The position numbers and the translations under genes were made by a program. Shown in pieces: positions 1 through 10,056 of a DNA stretch of 37,703 nucleotides (positions within the stretch are counted from its first letter, which is position 1; the number at the start of each line of letters is the position of its first letter). The notes below the pieces were generated by a model, which was not told the DNA's origin, searched no databases, and saw only the letters and a list, made by a program, of their open reading frames with translations. The DNA is from Octopus bimaculoides. Lineage: Eukaryota. The stretch spans positions 10,894,473-10,932,175 of the forward strand of contig NC_068994.1 of NCBI RefSeq assembly GCF_001194135.2, in the 5' to 3' direction.

Positions 1-26
1 TATATATATATATATATATACCATGT

Positions 27-72
<46 letters not shown>

Positions 73-225
73 GCATATATGTATGTATGTATGTATGTAT
101 CCACACACATAGTTTGTGTACATGCATATATATCAGTGTATATATATGTATATATATATATCCATACACACATGTATGTGTGTATACATACATATGTATA
201 CTCACACGCACAGTCTTCCACCTCA

Positions 226-265
<40 letters not shown>

Positions 266-340
266 TGNNNNNNNNNNTGTAAGCGTTTGTTTAAACGCAC
301 AAACACGTACATACACACACGCACACACACACATACATAG
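1..340. repeat. Compound (TA)n/(CA)n/(TATG)n microsatellite containing a 10-N gap
   Basis: Directly visible di- and tetranucleotide runs; the overlapping ORFs are YI/HT/CV dipeptide artefacts. Confidence 0.95.
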
Positions 341-620
341 ACACGACTACTCATACAGAAATTTTAGCAGCCTAGTTTGATTAGCTGTACAAGAACCTAC
401 ATCCATCCATATATGCATACACACACACACACACACACACACCTTGGACACATACGCATACACCTCCACGCCAGAACACTTGAGTTGGTTATAGAATAAA
501 TTGGTATAACTAGACTGTACACTTGATTAGATGTCGCGTATTTTACTGCACCGAACAGTACAATTTTGTACCTAGTATGATTGCATTGCATTCTGCAGTG
601 CAGCAGAAAATTCTTACAGC

Positions 621-710
621 TCTTGTTGTTGTTGTTGATTAACCCTAGGATAAACCCTGATAGAACAGACCTATGATCATAGACGTTCCAAGCACGAACG
701 ACTTGTCTTT
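621..710 (-). mobile_element. Probable SINE/LINE 3' tail remnant (family E) ending in (AAC)n
   Basis: ttgttgttgttgattaaccctaggataaaccctgatagaacagacctatgatc; a similar segment occurs in the opposite orientation at ~12790-12855 (taggtctatttgatcacggctgacctgggtttaaa). Confidence 0.4.
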
Positions 711-760
711 TCAGAAGGACACTTTGGATCCCACAGTCTAAGACTCTAGTGTCTATGTCC

Positions 761-1117
761 TCTTTACTCTCTTTTACTCTTTTACTTGTTTCAGTCATTT
801 GACTGTGGCCATGCTGGAGCACCGCCTTTAGTCGAGCAAATCGACCCCCAGGACTTATTCTTTGTAAGCCTAGTACTTATTCTATCGGTCTCTTTTTGCC
901 GAACCGCTAAGTTACGGGGGACGTAAGCACACCACCATCGGTTGTCAAGCAATGTTGGGGGGACAAACACAGACATACATATATATATATATACAAGGCT
1001 TTGGTCGGCTCGAGGCTATAGTAGAAGACACTTGCCCAAGGTGCTATGCAGTGGGACTGAACCTGGAACCATGTGGTTCGTAAGCAAGCTACTTACCACA
1101 CAGCCACTCCTGCGCCT
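761..1117 (-). mobile_element. SINE family A (tRNA-like head, internal microsatellite, (AGTAAAAG)n tail), with a small internal deletion
   Basis: Matches the copies at 4123, 5085, 6932 and 15672. Head read on the minus strand has A-box TGGCTGTGTGG and B-box-like GGTTCAGTCCC; tail has the cagtcaaatgactg stem-loop and a tandem tail. Confidence 0.9.
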
Positions 1118-1352
1118 ATGCATATATCCATACATATTTGTACATACCTACATATATATGTATACATATATGCATATATGGGTACTGGACATCAAAAAAA
1201 AAAAACGTTGAACAATGAGAAACGAAAACAGAAAACAATCTTTTTTTCAAACAACGAAAAAACCCCAGAAAAACGAGACACGCGACATAANNNNNNNNNN
1301 CGCGACATAAAGAGTATACCCTTTTGTCAGTTATTCCTGTTTCATCTACTCC

Positions 1353-1525
1353 ATATATACACGACGGGCTTCTTTCAGTTTCCGTCTACCAAATCAACTG
1401 ACAAGGCTTTGGTTGGTCCGAGGCTATAGTAGAAGACACTTGCCCAAGGTGTCACACTGCGGGACTGAACTCGGAACCATGTGGTTGAGAATCAAGCTTC
1501 TCGCCACACAGCCACTCCTGCGCCT
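1353..1525 (-). mobile_element. SINE A 5' module (head only)
   Basis: gacgggcttctttcagtttccgtctacc...ccacacagccactcctgcgcct, shared with the full copies. Confidence 0.85.
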
Positions 1526-1530
1526 AATAT

Positions 1531-1685
1531 ATCATCATCATCATCATCATCATCGTTTAACGTCCGCTTTCCATGCTAGCATGGGTTGGACGATTTGACT
1601 GAGGACTGGTGCAACCGGATGGCTACACCAGGCTCCAATCTAATTTGGCAGAGTTTCTACACCTGGATGCCCTTCCTAACGCCAA
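1531..1685 (-). mobile_element. Retroelement 3' part, family D, ending in (GAT)n
   Basis: catcatcatcgtttaacgtccgctttccatgctagcatggg...gatgcccttcctaacgcca; related pieces at 9472-9640, 10153-10190 (+) and 30205-30640. Confidence 0.75.
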
Positions 1686-1970
1686 ATATATACATATATN
1701 NNNNNNNNNNNNNNNNNNNNNNNNNNNNNNNNNNNNNNNNNNNNNNNNNNNNNNNNNNNNNNNNNNNNNNNNNNNNNNNNNNNNNNNNNNNNNNNNNNNN
1801 NNNNNNNNNNNNNNNNNNNNNNNNNNNNNNNNNNNNNNNNNNNNNNNNNNNNNNNNNNNNNNNNNNNNNNNNNNNNNNNNNNNNNNNNNNNNNNNNNNNN
1901 NNNNNNNNNNNNNNNNNNNNNNNNNNNNNNNNNNNNNNNNNNNNNNNNNNNNNNNNNNNNNNNNNNNNNN

Positions 1971-2162
1971 TGTCCCCTCCAACATCGCCTAACAACCGAT
2001 GCTTGTGTGTTTATGTCCCCGTAATCTAGCGGTTCGGCAAAATAGACCGATAGAATAAGTACTAGGCACCCAAAGAATAAGTCCTGGGGTCGAGTTGCTC
2101 GACTAAAGGCGGTGCTCCAGCATGGCAGCAGTCAAATGACTGAAACAAGTAAAAGAGTAAAA
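1971..2162 (+). mobile_element. SINE A 3' module (its 5' part may lie in the preceding gap)
   Basis: Reverse complement of the tail at 761-960, ending gaaacaagtaaaagagtaaaag. Confidence 0.9.
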
Positions 2163-2165
2163 GTG

Positions 2166-2201
<36 letters not shown>

Positions 2202-2242
2202 TACATACACGTACATACTTTTGTGTACAAACGTGTATGTAC

Positions 2243-2314
2243 GGCGGAGGTAAAGAATACACACACCTGACGCTAACATCCAAACACTGGGTGTACGTAT
2301 TCTTTACCTTCGCC
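2243..2314. other. 72-nt hairpin (18-bp near-perfect outer stem plus 5-7 bp inner stem)
   Basis: ggcggaggtaaagaatac (2243-2260) pairs with gtattctttaccttcgcc (2297-2314); acacc/ggtgt extends the stem inward. Confidence 0.7.
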
Positions 2315-2818
2315 AGCTCTCCAATGTACCAGTTCTCGAATAGTCAGAAAAAAAAAATAAATAAAATGCGTCTGGCCAGCATGTCCGAAGGGTTGGTCAA
2401 TAACGCCAAGTACAATAGTTGGCATGGAACCATCGGTCCTATTCTGACCGGTCTTATGGCAGAACCGAGAGAACATACTGCTTGACAATATAAAAGTACG
2501 TTAGTGTTAGTGTGTGTATCTGTGTGTGTGTGTGTGTGTGTCTGTTGATAATGTGTTTGTTCCGCCTAAAGATACCTGCCCGCCACATTGTAAACCGACG
2601 CTTGATGTGCACTCAAACGTACGCGCGCACGCACTCACACGTACACGTTCGCTCTCTCGTTTTCTGTCCCCCTGGACTTGCGGCACCATCCCCACTACTT
2701 CTCCTTAACCGTTTTACTCCCCTTCCATTGCTCCTCCCAATCTTTCTCATACTGCCTCTTACTCCTACCTACCTACTCTCCTATCGGATCTTAATTGCGC
2801 TTGTATAAATTCAATCAT

Positions 2819-2853
<35 letters not shown>

Positions 2854-3553
2854 AACAAATACACATACATGGTCTAACAACAAAGTCCCTTACACACACA
2901 CAAACGTACGTACGTACATACATAAATACGTATATACGTATATAAACATATATATACACGGTAGTATTGCATTGAACTTCTCAGCTATCGGCACCGCCAC
3001 CACTACCATAATCACCAGCGTCCGCCTCCACCACTATTTGCAGCATTATTAACTCCCACCGGACCGTTCTATCTCACCAGTATAGAAAATAAAAATGGGG
3101 GGGGGGGAAGCAATTAAAGAAAAAAAGCCAGCTGTTCTCTGAACTTTTCACCCCCTCCCGTTTTTCTAACTCATTTATATATTTATGTACCCTATCACAC
3201 ACATCAATATCACAGCCGCTGCCGCCGCCAGAACCTCCAACAATTCTACTATAAACGGAGCCTCTACGTACTCGCTGTACATGCTAGAAACAGCAGCTAA
3301 AAACCTTCCAATCATATACCCTATCAAACTTTTAAACATATATTTGTATAAAAATAAACGAATGAAAGTATTGGATAAGTATTGCATAATGCAAACCTTG
3401 TCTTGTTTTTGGGCTCTCAAATACAAATGAAGACGTAGGGGCGCCCTCTGCTCAATCGGAATCCATTTGGATCCAAGCAATCACAGGAATAATAAAGGTG
3501 GCAAAAAAAGAAATTGGTACAATTTGTAATGGAATTTTCTACAAATACTTTTG

Positions 3554-4021
3554 GCTGAATACTAGTTTAAGCTCCCAATATAACCCTTCATAATTTCTTA
3601 AAGGAATTTTCAGGAAATTTTTTTTCGGATTTGTGTTCTGCATACAGGAATTCATACGATTTTGAAAAGAAAAATTTTTTTTTCATTTTCCGAATTTCTT
3701 TTTTAAAATCTGATTTTAAAATACGGATAGTCCAAAATCCTTGCTTAAATCCCAACAATTGATTATTGAATGTGTTAATGGGGAGAAAGATATTGAAAAA
3801 ATCTCAATATGTCAGAATGACAAAGAAACGAGGAAGGTATCGGGTGGTCGTGAGATGTGCTAAAAATAACAGCTAAATCACCCTTAAATCACACAGGAAA
3901 TTTTTTTGTTATTATTTCGGAATTGTATAAATTCCCAGGTGTAGAACACAAATTCACAAAAACTTTCTGGAAATTCCAAAAAAATTAAAAACTTATGGGG
4001 TGTTTAAACCAGAACTTCACC
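3554..4021. mobile_element. Old MITE-like element with long degenerate inverted arms
   Basis: 3554-3664 is the approximate reverse complement of 3918-4021; about 73% identity over the 41-bp core around agaacacaaat. Confidence 0.5.
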
Positions 4022-4122
4022 ATAGCTGTAAGGTGGCATAGGTTGTGATTATATCGGAATTCAGTATAAAAAGAAAATGGTGAGCAAGCACACATAACAT
4101 ACAGATATACATCACATATATA

Positions 4123-4539
4123 TTCTTTTATTCTTTTACTCTTTTACTTGTTTCAGTCATTTGACTGTGGCCATGCTGGAGCACTGCCTTTAGTCAAGCA
4201 AATCGACCCCAGGACTTATTCTTTGGAAGCCTAGTACTTATTCTATCGGTCTCTTTTGCCAAACCGCTAGGTTACAGGGACCTAAACGCACTGGCATCGG
4301 TTGCCAAGCGATGTTGGGGGACAAACACAGACACACAAACACACATATATATATATATATATATGTGCATATATACGACGGGCTTCTTTCAGTTTCCGTC
4401 TACCAAATCCACTCACAAGGCTTTGGTTGGGTCGAGGCTATAGAAGAAGACACTTGCCCAAGGTGCCACGCAGTGGGACTGAACCCGGAACCATGTGGTT
4501 CGTAAGCAAGCTACTAACCACACAGCCACTCTTACGCCT
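4123..4539 (-). mobile_element. SINE A, full length
   Basis: Tail, (CA)(TA) microsatellite and tRNA-like head are all present. Confidence 0.9.
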
Positions 4540-4550
4540 ATTTATATATA

Positions 4551-4762
4551 TATTCTTTTACTTGTTTCAGTCATTTGACTGCAGCCATGCTGGAGCACTG
4601 CCTTAAAAGGTCTTAGTCAAAGAAATTGACCCCAAGACTTATTCTTTGTAAGTCTAGTACTATTGGTTTCTATTTGCTGAACCACTAAGTTACTGAGATA
4701 TAAACACACCACCATCGGTTATCAAGCGACGGGGTGGGGACAAAACACAGACACAAAGACAC
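4551..4762 (-). mobile_element. SINE A 3' module (diverged), in tandem with the previous copy
   Basis: tattcttttacttgtttcagtcatttgactgcagcc...gggacaaaacacagacac. Confidence 0.8.
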
Positions 4763-4882
4763 CTGTTTCTTGCAATACATACATCTAAGGCAAAATTATT
4801 TTAGTGGCCCTTAAAATAATATTGTGGATTCTTAATTTACTATTTTGTTGCGTGGACGCCCAGAAATCTTTTCTGGACTCGC

Positions 4883-4916
4883 AGGGGCCATATTGGACCC
4901 CAGTGGAGAACCACTT
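4883..4916. mobile_element. Isolated hAT-like MITE terminus
   Basis: ggggccatattggaccccagtggagaaccact resembles a hAT end (..gagaaccactg); no partner end was found. Confidence 0.35.
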
Positions 4917-5084
4917 CTTTAAACAATATAAAGATCCAAAACAGTTGAATGGTAGAAATCTTAGAGAGGTGGGCAAGATGTGTTTTGCTATCTGTTCCAC
5001 ACTTTGTGGTTACATGATTTACTAGATATAGCAGCCAAATCTCTTTTCAAATCACACCTTAAAAACAGAAAAAAAACAAACCAA

Positions 5085-5521
5085 AGGACGCAGGAGTGGC
5101 TGTGTGGTAAGTAGCTTGCTTACCAACCACATGGTTCCGGGTTTATTCCCACTGCGTGGCATCTTGGGCAAGTGTCTTCTATTATAGCCTCGGGCCGACC
5201 AAAGCCTTCTGAGTGGATTTGGTAGATGGAAACTGAAAGAAGCCCGTCGTATATATGTATATATATATATATATACATGTATGTGCGTGTGTGTGTGTTT
5301 GTGTGTGTGTGTGTGTTTGTACTCCCAACATCGCTTGACAACCGATGGTGGTGTGTTTACATCCCCGTAACTTAGCGGTTCAGCAAAAGAAACCGATAGA
5401 ATAAGTACTAGGCTGACAAAGAATAAGTCCTGGGGTCGATTTGCTCGACTAAAGGCGGTGCTCCAACATGGCCGCAGTCAAATGACTGAAACAAATAAAA
5501 GAGTAAAAGAGTAAAGAGTAA
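5085..5521 (+). mobile_element. SINE A, full length
   Basis: ggacgcaggagtggctgtgtggtaagtagcttgc...gagtaaaagagtaaagagtaa; inverted relative to the neighbouring copies. Confidence 0.92.
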
Positions 5522-5793
5522 GCCATATTGTACAGAAATAAGCATATAAAGCCTATTGCATAACATGGTTTGTGCACTTCCTGTAGCAACTAACATGACA
5601 AATAAAGGTGCATGCAACACAAGTGTTTCCTAATACTTCTCAGATAGATTTCATTCTGAACAGGAAGCGTAACATATGCTACTTGACTTCTGCAATGATA
5701 ACAATGAAACCTAATGCAAAATAACAGAACAGCTGCTAAGTAAACTAGAGAGACATCGAGTCTGGATGTGTTTGAAGTGTGCGTTGTGATACG

Positions 5794-5965
5794 TAGGAGC
5801 AGATGTGGCTGTTTGAGTCAAAGGCTTTGCTTCCTAACCATGTGGTCTTGGTTTCACTTCCACTGTGTGGCACTTTGGGCCAGGTATTTTCTAATAATAG
5901 TACAAGGCTGACCAAAGGCTTGTGAATGAATTTGGTAGACGGAAATTGAAAGAAGCCCATTGTAT
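5794..5965 (+). mobile_element. SINE A head, older and diverged
   Basis: gtaggagcagatgtggctg...gtagacggaaattgaaagaagccc. Confidence 0.75.
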
Positions 5966-5967
5966 AT

Positions 5968-6169
5968 GTTCTTTTATTCTTTTATTTTATTTGTTTCAGT
6001 CATTTGACTGTGGCCATGCTGGAGCACCACCTTTAGTTGAACAAATCAACCCCAGGACTTATTATTTGTAAGCCTAGTACTTATTCTAGTGGTCTGTTTT
6101 GCTGAACTGCTAAGTTATGGGAACATAAACACACCAGCATTGGTTGTCAAGCGATGACAGGGAGGACAA

Positions 6170-6234
<65 letters not shown>

Positions 6235-6352
6235 GCTTCTTTCAGTTTCCATCTACCAAATCCACTCACAAGGCATTGGCCAGCCTGAGGTGCCATGCAG
6301 TGGGACTGAACCTGGAACCATGTGGTTGGGAAGCAAGCATCTTACCACACAG
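5968..6352 (-). mobile_element. SINE A, near full length
   Basis: Tail, (CA)(TA) run and head, with a deletion in the head module. Confidence 0.85.
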
Positions 6353-6527
6353 TGGTATTTTCGTTTGTTTTCGTGTTCTGAGTTCAAATGCCGCTGGGAT
6401 CAACTTTGCCTTTCATTCTTTCAGGGTCGATAAATTAAGTACCAGTTGTGTACTGGGGTCAACCTAACCGACTGCCACCCCCCACTCCAACCCCAAAATT
6501 TCGGACCTTGTGCCTAGAGTAGAAAAG

Positions 6528-6558
<31 letters not shown>
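6352..6558 (+). mobile_element. SINE family B (tail type B1) with (ATT)n tail, 5' truncated
   Basis: ttctgagttcaaat...caactttgcctttcattctttcagggtcgataaattaagtaccag...gcctagagtagaaaagattattatt. Confidence 0.85.
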
Positions 6559-6562
<4 letters not shown>

Positions 6563-6931
6563 TTGCTTTGCTTAATGTCACCTTTTGTCCCCTACTCCTT
6601 TCTCTTTATCTTGGCTTCTGCATATATATACTCTCCCACCTCACCTCACCTCCTCCTTCTACTCTTTCTCAAAACTCCATGCTTAGCCTTCTGTTTACTT
6701 TTCCTCCTCTCCCTCCTTTTTCACCACTACCACCACCACCACCACCACCACACCATTTTAGCTCTTCAGCTGCAGCCACAGAAAGAACAATGAACCCCCC
6801 TCCCACCCAAGTATAAACAGCTACATTGCAGACACACAGACATATGAATGCTCACACAACACAACCACACATACTCACAGAAAAGCAAAGTCTTTGAAAA
6901 TATACTCAATAAATTAGTATAACTTCATGTT

Positions 6932-7378
6932 TTACTGGTTTCAGTCATTTGACTGTGGCCATGCTGAAGCACCACCTTTTAGTCGAGCAAATCGACCCCA
7001 GGACTTATTCTTTGTAAGCCTAGTACTTATTCTATCGGTTCTCTTTTGCCGACCCACTAAGTTACGGGGACGTAAACACCAGCATCGGTTGTCAAGCGAT
7101 GTTGGCAGGGGGGACAAACACCGACAAACAAACACACACAGACACACAAACACATGCACACACACAGACACACAAACACATACACACACATATATATATA
7201 TATTTATAAACATACATACGACAGGCTTCTTTCAGTTTCCGTCTACCAAATCCACTCACAAACGCTTTGGTCGGCGCAAGGCTATAGTAGAAGACACTTA
7301 CCCAAGGTGCAACACATGGGACCGGACCGGAACCATGTGGTTGGTAAGCAAGCTACTCACTACATAGCCACTCCTGTG
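6932..7378 (-). mobile_element. SINE A, full length
   Basis: Same three modules as the other copies. Confidence 0.9.
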
Positions 7379-8131
7379 CTTATATATAATATATATATAT
7401 ATATANNNNNNNNNNNNNNNNNNNNNNNNNNNNNNNNNNNNNNNNNNNNNNNNNNNNNNNNNNNNNNNNNNNNNNNNNNNNNNNNNNNNNNNNNNNNNNN
7501 NNNNNNNNNNNNNNNNNNNNNNNNNNNNNNNNNNNNNNNNNNNNNNNNNNNNNNNNNNNNNNNNNNNNNNNNNNNNNNNNNNNNNNNNNNNNNNNNNNNN
7601 NNNNNNNNNNNNNNNNNNNNNNNNNNNNNNNNNNNNNNNNNNNNNNNNNNNNNNNNNNNNNNNNNNNNNNNNNNNNNNNNNNNNNNNNNNNNNNNNNNNN
7701 NNNNNNNNNNNNNNNNNNNNNNNNNNNNNNNNNNNNNNNNNNNNNNNNNNNNNNNNNNNNNNNNNNNNNNNNNNNNNNNNNNNNNNNNNNNNNNNNNNNN
7801 NNNNNNNNNNNNNNNNNNNNNNNNNNNNNNNNNNNNNNNNNNNNNNNNNNNNNNNNNNNNNNNNNNNNNNNNNNNNNNNNNNNNNNNNNNNNNNNNNNNN
7901 NNNNNNNNNNNNNNNNNNNNNNNNNNNNNNNNNNNNNNNNNNNNNNNNNNNNNNNNNNNNNNNNNNNNNNNNNNNNNNNNNNNNNNNNNNNNNNNNNNNN
8001 NNNNNNNNNNNNNNNNNNNNNNNNNNNNNNNNNNNNNNNNNNNNNNNNNNNNNNNNNNNNNNNNNNNNNNNNNNNNNNNNNNNNNNNNNNNNNNNNNNNN
8101 NNNNNNNNNNNNNNNNNNNNNNNNNNNNNNN

Positions 8132-9340
8132 CTGCTGCTGCCACTGCTGCTGCTGTTGTTATTGTTGTTGTCATTGTTGTTGTTGCTGCTGCAGCTACTG
8201 TTATGTTCTTCTTGTCATTGCTGTTGTTGTCACTGTTGTCAGGTCACACCTGACCGATCACACCTATTGATCTTCAGCACTCGATCCTGAACGCATCTTT
8301 ATCATTCTCCTCAAACAGCATGCAACACCCACCCAACTTTCTGATGTGTCCTTCCTCTTCGAGGGAGACTGATCTGCTATTTTTAGCAGTTCTCCCATCA
8401 GCTTAGGATTAGGAGAGATTAGGGGCCTTTGAAGTAGGGTGAAACTGGCTGAAGTGGGGATAGAATAACATAATAGTACAATGAGGTGGAGTAGGGAAAT
8501 TGCTCCGCCCTACACTGCATGGTGCAAATAAGGGAAGGGTGGGACGGGGGTGGGGGAAGGGATGAATGTTAGGGGAACAACAAGGAAACCATTCACTCTA
8601 AGTTTCATAATGCCACCACCACCACCACGATGACGACGACGCCGACCACCACCACCACCATAGATACAACTGCTACCACAACTATCACCACCACCACCAC
8701 CAACAACAACAACAANNNNNNNNNNNNNNNNNNNNNNNNNNNNNNNNNNNNNNNNNNNNNNNNNNNNNNNNNNNNNNNNNNNNNNNNNNNNNNNNNNNNN
8801 NNNNNNNNNNNNNNNNNNNNNNNNNNNNNNNNNNNNNNNNNNNNNNNNNNNNNNNNNNNNNNNNNNNNNNNNNNNNNNNNNNNNNNNNNNNNNNNNNNNN
8901 NNNNNNNNNNNNNNNNNNNNNNNNNNNNNNNNNNNNNNNNNNNNNNNNNNNNNNNNNNNNNNNNNNNNNNNNNNNNNNNNNNNNNNNNNNNNNNNNNNNN
9001 NNNNNNNNNNNNNNNNNNNNNNNNNNNNNNNNNNNNNNNNNNNNNNNNNNNNNNNNNNNNNNNNNNNACCACCACCACCACCATAAATACAACTGCTACC
9101 ACAACTATCACCACCACCACCACCAACAACAACAACAAATACAACTACTACCACAGCAATCAAAACCACCACCACCACCACCACTACCAAGACCACAACC
9201 ACCACTACTATTGCCACCATCATCAGGATCACCACTACCAACAACCTTATCACTATCAATGCAGTTATCACATTCATTGCTTACTGCAAGCCCTGCCACC
9301 ACTACCACCACCTTCACCACCACCACCACAATTAAAAGCT
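8132..9340. repeat. Trinucleotide low-complexity blocks ((CTG/TTG)n at 8132-8240; (ACC/AAC)n at 8605-9340)
   Basis: Direct reading; the poly-T/V/H/G ORFs derive from these runs. Near-identical sequence lies on both sides of the 8716-9067 gap. Confidence 0.85.
8532..8561 (+). other. G-quadruplex-forming motif
   Basis: GGG-AA-GGG-T-GGG-AC-GGGGG-T-GGGGG-AA-GGG: six G-tracts with 1-2 nt loops. Confidence 0.7.
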
Positions 9341-9471
9341 ATATCATATTACCGAGGCATGTTGTTATCAATCTGTCATCATTTTACAAGGTGCTTTGTT
9401 GTGATGGGTTTCAGATGGGACAGGGAATCAATCTTACCCTAACTGCACATGTTCACCGCAGAGGAGGTGTG

Positions 9472-9640
9472 TATCATCATCATCATCATTTTTATGTTCA
9501 CTTATTCATGCTTGCATGAGACAGACGGAATTTGAGGATGTGGATTTTCTACAACCAGATGCCCTTCCTGTTGCAAACCTTTACCTGTTTTCAAGCAAAG
9601 TAATATTTCTACATGGTCAGACATGTTTTTCATGGAGGAT
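9472..9640 (-). mobile_element. Family D-related 3' fragment
   Basis: catcatcatcat followed by ttctacaaccagatgcccttcctgttgc, similar to 1531-1685. Confidence 0.6.
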
Positions 9641-9647
9641 AGAAATG

Positions 9648-9680
<33 letters not shown>

Positions 9681-9681
<1 letters not shown>

Positions 9682-9880
9682 GATTGACCGTTGACTGAAC
9701 ACTATTCAATTTTTTTTCTCCGTGTTTTTCTCCTTGTCTCCGTATTCTTTCTGTTGAAGAGCGTAGCTCGAAACGTCAAAGACTTTCCGTATTCCCGAGC
9801 GTCATACTAATACATCCTTTTGTTATTTACACCACCTGTCCTCGTCTGTTGTTATTATTTGTATATTCTCCCATATATAT
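9681..9880 (+). mobile_element. Penelope-like element pseudo-LTR / retrozyme-like repeat, copy 1
   Basis: Homologous over ~190 bp to 35420-35615 (ctgttgaagagcgta(g)gctcgaaacgt...cccgagcgt.atactaatacatcc...tttacaccacctgtc.tcgtctgttgtt) and carries a minimal hammerhead topology. Confidence 0.6.
9746..9782 (+). ncRNA. Minimal type-I hammerhead ribozyme-like motif (non-canonical core)
   Basis: Stem I TCTTT/AAAGA; core CTGTTGA plus extra A; stem II GAGC(GTA)GCTC; GAAA; palindromic ACGT stem III; GUC site after 9777. Confidence 0.6.
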
Positions 9881-9895
9881 ATATATATATATATG

Positions 9896-10056
9896 TAGGA
9901 GTGGCTGTGTGGTAAGTAGCTCATTTACCAACCACATGGTTCCGGTTTCAGTCCCACTGCGTGGCATTGTGGGCAAGTGTCTTTTACTATAGCCTCGGGC
10001 CCACGAAAGCCTTGTGAGTGGATTTGGTAGACGGAAACTGAAAGAAGCCCGTCTGT
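9896..10056 (+). mobile_element. SINE A head module
   Basis: gtaggagtggctgtgtggtaagtagc...gaaactgaaagaagcccgtc. Confidence 0.88.

Noticed and set aside
63-380. YI/HT/CV-rich ORFs here and at ~10797-11080, 12860-13630, 14139-14570 and 20512-20830
   Set aside because: Translations of dinucleotide microsatellites, often bridged by N-runs; no coding complexity.
1281-1310. Direct duplications across gaps (cgcgacataa; ~58 bp at 30698-30823; flanks of 8716-9067 and 13064-13170)
   Set aside because: Typical unmerged contig overlaps or collapsed repeats, so probably assembly artefacts.
2261-2296. Hammerhead core in the loop of the 2243-2314 hairpin
   Set aside because: CTGACGC...CAAAC needs too many changes and has no stem II; there is also no TSD to support a transposon call.
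7154-8290. Long ORFs of 200-390 aa (also 23698-24908 and 34467-35415)
   Set aside because: Length comes from N-gaps translated as X.
8240-8460. Minus-strand open stretch (TLLQRPLISPNPKLMGELL...) with small 3' stem-loops
   Set aside because: May be a LINE 3' remnant, but I see no recognisable RT or endonuclease motif.
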